Shown here in pieces: positions 50,646-61,044 of a DNA stretch of 64,000 nucleotides. The notes beneath the pieces are model-generated. The model was not told the origin of the DNA. It ran no database searches and was given only the letters and a program-made list of their open reading frames with translations. Origin of the DNA: Chiloscyllium plagiosum (lineage: Eukaryota); the NCBI RefSeq assembly GCF_004010195.1, contig NC_057724.1, forward strand, positions 31,944,268 through 32,008,267, read 5' to 3'. A program made the translations under genes and the position numbers. Positions within the stretch are counted from its first letter, which is position 1. Every line of letters begins with the position of its first letter.

Positions 50646-51729
50646 CTGGAAGATTGCCCGTCTTCATGTCAGAATCTGAATTCCCCAGACCCAGATATCT
50701 GCAAACTCTTCTGTCTGAAATTCTTCATTTTGACCAATATAAGCTGATCCTAGCAGGTGCTGAACCTGATAAAATCAGGTATAACTTACCCAGAAGGTCC
50801 TTGGAAAAACCAGGAAACATACATTCACAGTACCACTGTTTAACAAGCTGTATGCAGTTTGGGCCCTGGAAACTCATCAAATGGTTCTTGGAGAAACTCA
50901 GATGAAACCTTTGAGAGAAATAGCTTCCATTTGAGTTTTCTCATTGGGAAGTTTAGACAGTCAAAAACGGCAAGAAAATTCATCTCCATTAACTTATACT
51001 GTTTACTGTTGATTTATTTAAGTGAAACAGATAAACCACAGTGCATCGAAACCTGCCAGTGCATATTCAATCCTCTACTAATCATCCTCATAACTGGCTG
51101 AATAACTTATTCTATTTTTACTTTGTCTAACATCTTTGCTGTTCCTCATTTCCTATTATAACTTCATCTGTCTCCGATTCTAATCGGGCCAATACAAGTG
51201 TATATAATTTGTTTTCCTGTCTATTGAATCTCACATTTACTTTTCACTTTCTTTATCAATTTTTGGTGCTTCTTTGATAAAATGTAAAATCCTCCCAGTC
51301 CTCAGGCTGACCCTTTTACTCTCAACATAAATAGCCTCTACCTTTGATTTAATACAGTCTTTAAACTCCTCTTGTCAGCTACAATTGGGCTGCTTTATGT
51401 TTGAGGCTTTTGTGTCTTAAAGAAAGTGTGAATGGGCAATTTAGCTGCATTTGTTTTGAACTTTTTCATAGATTAATGTTGCTACACATAGCTGTGCTGC
51501 CATTTAAATCACTGATCTGTCAATGTTGAGTTTGATATTGAGCATGATTCCGACAGATTATCAACAGTGATATATTTCTGTGACTGAGGATTGTTGGATT
51601 TATGGACTAATGCATAATTCATTCCTAATAGTGAAACAGCATAGCAGTAAGCAAAATTGTTCATCAATGTTGTGATTATTTTTGTGAATTTGTTTTGTAC
51701 TTATAGGGTGGAATCTTATAGTGCCCACA

Positions 51730-53563
51730 TTAGGCGGCCTTTGGGTGGAGCCGCAGAAAATGGGGGAGATACTAAATGCGTATTTTGCATCAGTATTGAC
51801 TGTGGAAAAGGATATCGAAGATATAGACTGTAATGAAATAGATGGTGACATCTTGCAAAATGTCCAGATTACAGAGGAGGAAGTGCTGGATGTCTTGAAA
51901 TGCATAAAAGGGGATAAATCCCCAGGACCTGATCAGGTGTACCATGGAACTCTGTGGGAAGCTAGGGAAGTGATTGCTGGGCCTCTTGCTGAGATATTTG
52001 CATCATCAATAGACACAGGTAAGGTGCCGGAAGACTAGAGGTTGACAAACGTGGTGCCACTGTTTAAGAAGGGCGGTAAGGACAAGCCAGGGAACTATAG
52101 ACCAGTGAGCCTGATGTCAGTGGTGGGCAAGTTGTTGGAGGGAATCCTGAGGGACAGGATGTACATGTATTTGGAAAGGCAAGGACTGATTAGGGATAGT
52201 CAACATGGTTTTGTGTATGGGAAATCATGTCTCACAAACTTGATTGAGTTTTTTGAAGAAGTAACAAAGAAGATTGATGAGGGTAGAGCAGTAGATGTGA
52301 TCAATATGGACTTCAGTAAGGCGTTCAACAAGGTTCGAACATGGGAGACTGATTAGCAAGGTTACATCTCATAGAATACAGGGAGAACTAGCTATTTGGG
52401 ATACAGAACTGGCTCAAAGGTAGAAGATAGAGGATGGTGGTGGAGGGTTGTTTTTCAGACTGGAGGCCTGTGACCAGTGGAGTGCCACAAGGATTGGTGC
52501 TGGGTCCTCTACTTTTTGTCATTTACATAAATGTTTTGGATGCGAACATAAGAGGTACACTTAGGACGTTTGCAGATGACACCAAAATTGGAGGTGTAGT
52601 GAACAGTGAAGAGGGTTACCTCAGTTTACAACAGGATCTTGACCAGATGTGCCAATGGGCTGAGAAGTAGCAGATGGAGTTTAATTCAGATAAATGCGAG
52701 GTGCTACATTTTGGGAAAGCAAATCTTAGCAGGACTTAAACACTTAAGGTAAGGTCCGAGGGAGTGTTGCTGAACAAAGAGACCTTGGAGTGCAGATTCA
52801 TCGCTCCTTGAAAGTGGAGTCGCAGGTAGATAGGATAGTGAAGAAGGCGTTTGGTATGCTTTCCTTTATTGGTCAGAGTATTGAGTACAGGAGTTGGGAG
52901 GCCATGTTGCGGCTGTACAGAACATTGGTTAGACCACTGTTGTAATATTGCGTGCAATTCTGGTCTCCTTCCTATCGGAAAGATGTGAAACTTGAAAGGG
53001 TTCAGAAAAGATTTACAAGGATTAGATTAGATTAGATTAGATTAGATTATTTACAGTGTGGAAACAGGCCCTTCGGCCCAACAAGTCCACACCGCCCCGC
53101 GATGTTGCCAGGGTTGGAGGATTTGAGTTATAGGGAGAGGCTGAACAGGCTGGGACTGTTTTCCCTGGAGCGTTGAAGGCTGAGGGGTGACCGTAGAGGT
53201 TTACAAAATTATGAGGGGCATGGATAGGATAAATAGACAAAGTCTTTTCCCTGGGGTTGGGCAGTCCAGAACTAGAGGGCATAGGTTTAGGGTGAGAGGG
53301 GAAAGATATAAAAGAGACCTAAGAGGCAACTTTGTTCAAGCAGAGGGTGGTACGTGTATGGAATGAGCTTCCAGAGGAAGTAGTGGATGCTGGTACAATT
53401 GCAACATTTAAGAGGCATTTGGATGGGTATATGAATAGGAAGTGTTTGGAAGGATATGGGCCGGGTGCTGGCAGGTGGGACTAGATTGGGTTGGGATATC
53501 TGGTCGGCATGGACGAGTTGGACCGAAGGGTCTGTTTCCATGCTGTACATGTCTATGACTATG
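51730..53563 (+). mobile_element. 5'-truncated CR1 LINE (complete RT domain and 3' UTR) with stops and frameshifts
   Basis: KSPGPDQV..PED*RLTNVVPLFKKGGKDKPGNYRPVSL..QHGF..SCLTNL..DFSKAF..GVPQG..FADDTKIG; tail ctatgactat. Confidence 0.96.
53023..53100 (-). mobile_element. 5'-truncated HE1 SINE 3' end with (AATCT)n tail, inserted antisense into the CR1
   Basis: (attag)5 + tttacagtgtggaaacaggcccttcggcccaacaagtccacaccg is the reverse complement of 47638-47696. The host reads acaaggat|...|gatgttgcc. Confidence 0.9.
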
Positions 53564-54245
53564 GATATGATGGCATTGGCAAAATATGTGGCAGAATTGG
53601 ACAAGAATTCCAGTAAGGCCTATCTCGACATCAGGAGCAATTCTTTGCACCTTCCTCCAAGATTCATAGATATATATGGAAAATCTTTTGCTAAACAATA
53701 GTAAGCAGCCTATTAAAGAAGATGATTGCTCATTAACCACCTCACTAACAGCACTTCACACCTCATTAATATGTAGCTTCCTCGCTTACCAAATGTGCCA
53801 AACAAGAATCTCGAGATTAAAGTCAGAGCAATACCTGGTGCTTATCTCCATGTTGGACACCCGGAACCAATGACTCAAGGCATGCTCCAAGTGTACTAGG
53901 CACGTTTTTTAAAATTCAATTACAGGATATGATGGCCACTGGTCAGACCAGTATTAATTGCCCATCCCTATTTGCCCAGAGGTTAGTTGAATGTTAACCA
54001 CATTGTTGTGGGTCTAGAGACACATATAAGCCAGACCAGGTAAGGATAGCAGTTCCCTTCTCTGAAGAACATTAGTGAACGAGATGGATTTTTCTCAAAA
54101 TCCACAGACATTAGCTTCCAACATGTGCCTATTTCTAAGAATCAACAAGGTAAAAACAATGACTGCAGATGCTGGAAACCAGATTCTGGATCAATGATGC
54201 TGGAAGAGCACAGCAGTTCAGGCAGCATTGAGGAGCTTCAGCAAA

Positions 54246-54280
54246 ATCGACGTTTCGGGCAAAAGCCCTTCATCAGGAAT
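54246..54280 (-). ncRNA. Minimal hammerhead ribozyme motif in the 3' pLTR of the Penelope element
   Basis: AUUC-CUGAUGA-A-GGGC/UUUU/GCCC-GAAA-CGUC-GAU; all core nucleotides present. Confidence 0.75.
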
Positions 54281-54320
54281 AAAGGCCGAGAGGCTGAAGC
54301 GTGGAGAGATAAGCTAGAGG

Positions 54321-54471
54321 NNNNNNNNNNNNNNNNNNNNNNNNNNNNNNNNNNNNNNNNNNNNNNNNNNNNNNNNNNNNNNNNNNNNNNNNNNNNNNNN
54401 NNNNNNNNNNNNNNNNNNNNNNNNNNNNNNNNNNNNNNNNNNNNNNNNNNNNNNNNNNNNNNNNNNNNNNN
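54321..54471. other. Assembly gap (151 N)
   Basis: Run of N. Confidence 1.
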
Positions 54472-55862
54472 GAAGGTGAGGCGTTCTTCCTCCAGGCGTC
54501 TGGTGGTGAGGGAGCGGCGGTGAAGGAGGCCCAGGACCTCCATATCCTCGGCAGAGTGGGAGGGGGAGTTGAAATGTTGGGCCACGGGGCGGATTGGTGA
54601 TTGGTGCAGGTGTCTCGGAGAATTTCCCTAAAGCGCTCTGCTAGGAGGCGCCCAGTCTCCCCAATGTAGAGGAGACCGCATCGGGAGCAACGGATACAAT
54701 AGATGATATTAGTGGATGTGCAGGTAAAACTTTGATGGATATGGAAGGCTCCTTTAGGGCCTTGGATAGAGGTGAGGGAGGAGGTGTGGGCACAGGTTTT
54801 ACAGTTCCTGCGGTGGCAGGGGAAAGTGCCAGGAGGTGAGGGTGGGTCGTAGGGGGTCGTGGACCTGACCAGGTAGTCACGGAGGGAACGGTCTTGGCGG
54901 AAAGGGGTGGGGAGAGAAATATATCCCTGGTGATGGGGTCTTTTTGGAGGTGGCGGAAATGTCGGCGGATGATTTGGTTTATGCGGAGGTTTGTAGGGTG
55001 GAAGGTGAACACCAGGGGCGTTCTGTCCTTGTTACAGTTGGAGGGGTGGGGTCTGAGGGCGGAGGTGCGGGATGTGGACGAGATGCGTTGGAGGGCACCT
55101 TTAACCACGTGGGATGTGAAATTGTGGTCTCTAAAGAAGGAGGCCATCTGGTGTGTTCTGTGGTGGAACTGGTCCTCCTGGGAGCAAATACGGTGGAGGC
55201 GGAGGAATTGGGAATACAGGATGGCATTTTTGCAAGAGATAGAGTGGAAAGAGGTGTAATCCAGGTAGCTGTGGGAATCGGTGAGTTTGTAATAAATGTC
55301 AGTGTCAAGTCGGTCTTCACTAATGGAGATGGAGAGGTCCAGGAAGGGGAGGGAGGTGTCAGAGATGGTCCAGGTAAATTTAAGGTCAGGGTGGAATGTG
55401 TTGGTGAAGTTGATGAATTGCTCAACCTCCTCGCGGGAGCATGAGGTGGCGCCAATGCAGTCATCAATGTAGCGGAGGAAGAGGTGGGGAGTGGTGCCGG
55501 TGTAATTACGGAAGATCAACTGTTCTACGTAGCCAACAAAGAGACAGGCATAGCTGGGGCCCATACGTGTGCCCATGGCTACCCCTTTGGTCTGGAGGAA
55601 GTGGGAGGATTCAAAGGAGAAATTGTTAAGGGTGAGGACCAGTTCGGCCAAACGAATGAGAGTGTCGGTGGAAGTGTACTGTTGAGGACGTTTGGAGAGC
55701 AAAAAACTGAGGGCTTGGAGGCCCTGGTCAAGGCGGATGGAGGTGTAGAGGGATTGGATATCCATGGTGAAGATGAGGCGTTGGGGGCCAGGGAAACGGA
55801 AGTCTTGGAGGAGGTGGAGTGTGTGGGTGGTGTCTCAAATGTATGTGGGGAGTTCCTGGACT
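54472..55862 (-). pseudogene. Penelope ORF (RT thumb/palm and GIY-YIG), frameshifted; N-terminal part at 56665-57198
   Basis: ORF track 54641-55765 (RT) and 54238-54585 (endonuclease end, AQHFNSPSH); premature stop at ~56876. Confidence 0.88.
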
Positions 55863-56664
55863 NNNNNNNNNNNNNNNNNNNNNNNNNNNNNNNNNNNNNN
55901 NNNNNNNNNNNNNNNNNNNNNNNNNNNNNNNNNNNNNNNNNNNNNNNNNNNNNNNNNNNNNNNNNNNNNNNNNNNNNNNNNNNNNNNNNNNNNNNNNNNN
56001 NNNNNNNNNNNNNNNNNNNNNNNNNNNNNNNNNNNNNNNNNNNNNNNNNNNNNNNNNNNNNNNNNNNNNNNNNNNNNNNNNNNNNNNNNNNNNNNNNNNN
56101 NNNNNNNNNNNNNNNNNNNNNNNNNNNNNNNNNNNNNNNNNNNNNNNNNNNNNNNNNNNNNNNNNNNNNNNNNNNNNNNNNNNNNNNNNNNNNNNNNNNN
56201 NNNNNNNNNNNNNNNNNNNNNNNNNNNNNNNNNNNNNNNNNNNNNNNNNNNNNNNNNNNNNNNNNNNNNNNNNNNNNNNNNNNNNNNNNNNNNNNNNNNN
56301 NNNNNNNNNNNNNNNNNNNNNNNNNNNNNNNNNNNNNNNNNNNNNNNNNNNNNNNNNNNNNNNNNNNNNNNNNNNNNNNNNNNNNNNNNNNNNNNNNNNN
56401 NNNNNNNNNNNNNNNNNNNNNNNNNNNNNNNNNNNNNNNNNNNNNNNNNNNNNNNNNNNNNNNNNNNNNNNNNNNNNNNNNNNNNNNNNNNNNNNNNNNN
56501 NNNNNNNNNNNNNNNNNNNNNNNNNNNNNNNNNNNNNNNNNNNNNNNNNNNNNNNNNNNNNNNNNNNNNNNNNNNNNNNNNNNNNNNNNNNNNNNNNNNN
56601 NNNNNNNNNNNNNNNNNNNNNNNNNNNNNNNNNNNNNNNNNNNNNNNNNNNNNNNNNNNNNNNN
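55863..56664. other. Assembly gap (802 N)
   Basis: Run of N. Confidence 1.
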
Positions 56665-57354
56665 CGGAAGTGGTGGCAGACACAGCAGTCGAGGTGGCAG
56701 AAGTCACTGAGCATGTGGCATCGGCAATGATGTGAGGGCCGGAAGTGGCTGTGGGAGTGGCCATGATGGGATCGGAAGTGACATCATCAATCAGCGTGGG
56801 GGTGGCAGCTGCATCAGCCACATGGCTAATGGCGTTTCCGAGGCCAGGGGAATCTTCTGGAATGTTTGAGGAGCGCTAGTTATGGAGGTGGGTGGATAAA
56901 AGTTTGTTGTACTTATAGTTTTTGATGTTTAAGATGGAATTGAAATACTGTTTGTTGAGAGTATGGATTCTCCTGAGGATGTAGTACCGAGTGGGTCCTT
57001 TGCAATTCTGAGAGAGTGTGGCCCTCAGCTGAGGCAGGGCAGACTGTAGAGAGGTTAGGTGCCGGCGCATTGCTGTGAGCGTGGAGAGGAGGATCTTGAA
57101 GGAGAACTGTTGCTGGTGTTTTTGAATCTGTAGTCTGTACTGCTTGTCCTGTTCGGGTCCGAACGCTGCCGGTTTAAAGGTGGTCCGGAGTTCGTGTGCG
57201 ATGAGTTGGTTATGGAGGCAGGCACTGAGGAAGCAGATGTGGCTGTGGTTACGGAGGCAGGCACTATTTCTATTTCTAAGAATCCCCTAGTGCACATCCA
57301 GTCCACTGTTACCTTCTGCACTTCAAAACTCTACCTCAGGCTGCACCGGCAAAT

Positions 57355-58300
57355 TTTTAATTCACCCATGGGATGTGACTGTCACTGGCTGCCCATCATT
57401 TATTGCTCATTCCAGTTTGACCTTGAGAAGGTGCTGGTGAGCTCTCGTCTTGAACCATTGCAGTCCATGAGCGGTGGGTTGACCCACCATGCCCTGAGGG
57501 AGGGAATTCCAGGAGTTTGACCTAGTGACAGTTAAGGAACGGTGATATATTTCCAATTCAGAATGGTGAGTGGCTTGAACGGGAACTTGCAGGTGGTGGT
57601 GTTCCAATATATCTGCTGCCCTTGTCCTTCTAGATGGAACTGGCTATGGATTTGGTACTGCCTAAGGATTTTTGGGGAATTTGTGTAATGCATCTTGTAG
57701 CTAGTACACACTACTGCTTCACAGCAGTAGAGTAACTGAATGCCTGTGGATGGTGGTGCCAATCAAGTGGGCAGCTTTGTCCTGGATAGTGTCAAGCTTC
57801 CTGACTGGGTATAGCTCCAGTAACAATCAGGCAAGTGGGGAGTATTCCATCACATTTCTTACTTTTGTGGAGAATTCAGTGATGGTAACACCTTTGAATG
57901 TCAAGGGCCAGTGGTTAGATGGTTATTGCCTGGCATTTATATGGTGCAAATGTTATCTGCCAATTTTCCGCCCAATATTGTCAAGGTCTTGCTACATTTG
58001 AACATGGGCTGTTTCAGTATCTAGGAGTCTTGAATAGTGTTGAATATTGCACAGTCATTGGCGAATGTGCCCTCTTCTGATCTTATGTTGGAGGGAAGTT
58101 CATTGATGAAGCAGATGAAGGTGGTTTGACCGAGGATACTACTCTGAGGAACTTCTACAGAGATGACTGACCTCCAACAATCATAACCATCTATTTTTGT
58201 GCCAAGTATGACTCCAACCAGCAGAGAGCTTTCCTCCAATTACCATTGACTCCAGTTTTGTCAGGGCTCTATTATGCCACGTACATTCAAATGACAGGGA
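57355..58300 (-). mobile_element. Second-family LINE 3' fragment
   Basis: VPQSSILGQTTFICFINELPSNIRSE..FANDC; 3' end homologous to 40960-41240. Confidence 0.85.
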
Positions 58301-59139
58301 CTATCATTCTAAGGCTGCTGCAAGGTCACAGTACACTCGGGGGCATTCACCTAGCCTGTGGACTGGACCAGGCTGAAGCTCCAGGGTCTAAGCTGCTCCC
58401 AATGTGCCCCATCACTCTGAGCCTAAATGGACACAACATCCCTGCCTACCATTGCTTTGCTTTTATGCACTTTGCCCCCTCAGTCAATGACAACAGACTA
58501 TTGTTGTGATACCTTGCTATTTTGAAAAAACACCAAGTCAGGAAGGTTTTCATGGATGTCAGCCATACTCAGTCAGTTCAGAAGTGACAGTCTTTGGTTG
58601 AGGAGAGTCCCAACATCGTAAGTAAAGTGCAAACTCCGATACCTTTCTAGGGACGTGGACATGGTCAGTCAGCTTTTCAGAGTGATCGGAGTCAGATTAT
58701 CTCCACAGAAAGAATGTGGAGCCAAATCCTGGGCAGTGGGTCTTGACTCTTTTTGCCCTATTGTAGACTGCTTTCATCATGGAATGAGAGAGAAGCAGGT
58801 ATTAAGGGAGATGGAAGTGAGTGGCACAGATGTTCCTGTTGGTGCATGTGTGAACCAGACCCTTCATTCAGGCCTTTATAAGATTCCACTCTATATGTTC
58901 AAACAATTTACCCCAAAAAATAATCACAACATTAATTAAAAATATTGCCTACCATTATGTTGCTTCATGATCATGAATGAGTTCTTCAAATGAGTAGGCA
59001 GTGTGGAGGGCATTCAGGGTGAGTGGTGTTGGAGGTTTGGGTGAGTGAGGGAAGGAGTCACAGGCAATAGTGGGATGGTAGAGCAGATGAGCTTTGGTGG
59101 GAGGTGAGTACAGTATCAGAGCTCATGACTGTGAGACAT

Positions 59140-59420
59140 CTGAAAGAAGATGGTGAACCTTATGCTGATGGAGTGGAGAAGGTCATTAACCTTCTTCTCC
59201 AGTGCTGTGCATTTGTTCACTCAGAGACATCTTCTACTGGTCCTGGGAATAAAAGGCATCCCGCCTCTGCACCAGCCTGTCCAGAATCAGGCCCGAAAAA
59301 CGGAGTGCTATATTTCCTTTGTCTGCCATGTCTATGGAAAATATCAGGGCAATGCCAGACTGATAGCGATTGGCTGTGTGCGTAATGGCCTATTAAAGAT
59401 GGCAGCAGTACCACAGATGC
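59140..59420 (-). mobile_element. Probable PIF/Harbinger Myb/SANT-like ORF relic
   Basis: Minus strand MADKGNIALRFS..LVQRRDAFY....KKVNDLLHS resembles the (APRFS..CRKKxNDL) Myb/SANT-like domain. Weaker similar relic at ~46900-47260; possible transposase relic (TRAKNIIEETVSRLEKR) at ~39300-39520. Confidence 0.4.
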
Positions 59421-61044
59421 CCATTAGTTCTGGGATATTCTGGCAGTGACAAGCTGGTCTGGGAAGAGCAGCTGGTAAGATGATGTTCGAATCAAAAGAG
59501 TGACACATGGAAGCGTGGTAGGTAGTTGATGAGGTCAGTTTTGGTAAGATTTGATGAGAGATGTTGCTTGGCATTGTGGTGGAAAATCCCTCCAAAAAAA
59601 TACTCAACACTGAACTAAAGATAACATGCAATTCAATCCTACATCTCACTTCATGAAGGTAAATAAATTTCCTTGGTGTTTTAAGTACTTTGTTAGTGAG
59701 CAAATTTGGGTGAAAACCAAATAGCCAGGGTAAGAACAGATGGTAGTTTGGGAACTGTATTTAAAAATGACTTGTTTTCATTATTGTATGAATTATTATA
59801 AGATGATTGATAAGATTATTTGTATGTTCATGTCAAAAAGAAAAAAATATAGGAACCAGCAGGTCAGCTAACATCTGTGGCAAGCATGGATTAGTTTATA
59901 GTTTGGGTGTGGACTCTTCAGAATGAACAAATATGACGTAGATCAGTGTGTTATAATGGAAAAGCATATATTTACAAAATTGGTCATTATTAAAATTTAT
60001 TTTGGTTTTGAATTTCCATGAACATTCACAAGAATTCAAACCCTTTGCATTTTTCCATATCTGAAAATAGAGTAGTGCTGATGTAAATTTCATAATTCAT
60101 CAAATATTTGTCTATTCTACCTGAAGGAGAACATAGTGAGAGGATCAATGTCATGGTGACATTTTGTTTAACTATAAGTGGAGCCTCCTGTTTTTTATGT
60201 TTGAGATTTATTACCCAGATGTAGTTATGGAGATAATGGTTAACTTTAGCAGTGAGCTCAGCTGTCACTTTAATGAATAGATGTTTTCACAGAGACTACT
60301 TTGTACAATAATTGTCCCATTCATAAACATTTACATCAGCATAGCAGCATTCTGATAGTGCTATTTTAGCTTGTATTGCGTGCAAAGAAATACATTTAGA
60401 AACCTTTTGGAGCTATAAGAAAGGTACTTTTTCAAATAACCTTTCTGTCACCTGTTTTTGTATGATTGAACTTTGAGAACATTTAAAATGTTGAGTTTAC
60501 TGAAGTATGGTGATATCGTACTTAGTCACGTATAAATCTTGTAATCAACAATGGTGCATTTGTAAAGCTACCATTTCTAAATAGATTGCTTTCTCTTGAA
60601 TTTATAAAATCTTACCTTTATCAGATCCTACTCAAATTCTGCAAATTAAAATTCAAGTTCTTATTTCACTAAAATCATCAGAGGGCCAAGGAATTGCGAC
60701 ATTTTGCTGTTCAAACCAGGTCTGTCACCTAGCAATTATAGAAAGAACTTCCATTTTTAATAAGTAATACTTTTCACAACCATAATATACCTCAAAGTAT
60801 CCTGCAATCAACCCCAGTCACTACTGTAATGTTGCTCCCATACATTGCATTGATAGCAACACCCAATTAATCTGTTTCTGATTGTTGTTGAGGGGGCACA
60901 AGGGGTGAAGCACCTTTTTTATGAATAATATTATTGTGGGGAGTGGATTTGATAAGGTATACATCTAAACAACTGCAGTAGGATGCAGGGCGTCTTTTTA
61001 ATTGCTCAAAGATAGGACTGCACTTATGATAGTGAAGCACTCCT

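Larger units (their letters stand above)
54144..57269 (-). mobile_element. Near-full-length Penelope-like retroelement (Neptune-like; RT + GIY-YIG endonuclease) with 3' hammerhead motif
   Basis: RT: MDIQSLYTSI..QTKGVAMGTRMGPSYA..RYIDD..PFLD. PCHRRNCKTCAH Cys motif and IIYCIRCSRCGLLYIGETG follow a frameshift near 54895. Perfect 15 bp TSD ctatttctaagaatc (54129-54143 / 57270-57284). Confidence 0.95.

Noticed and set aside
53021-53049. (ATTAG)n resembling a telomeric or CRISPR-like repeat
   Set aside because: It is the HE1 SINE tail. No repeat-spacer arrays or prokaryotic features were seen anywhere in the window.
55484-56821. Five ORFs of 303-408 aa in the ORF track
   Set aside because: They are open only because they run through the 802 N gap; the flanks are Penelope sequence.
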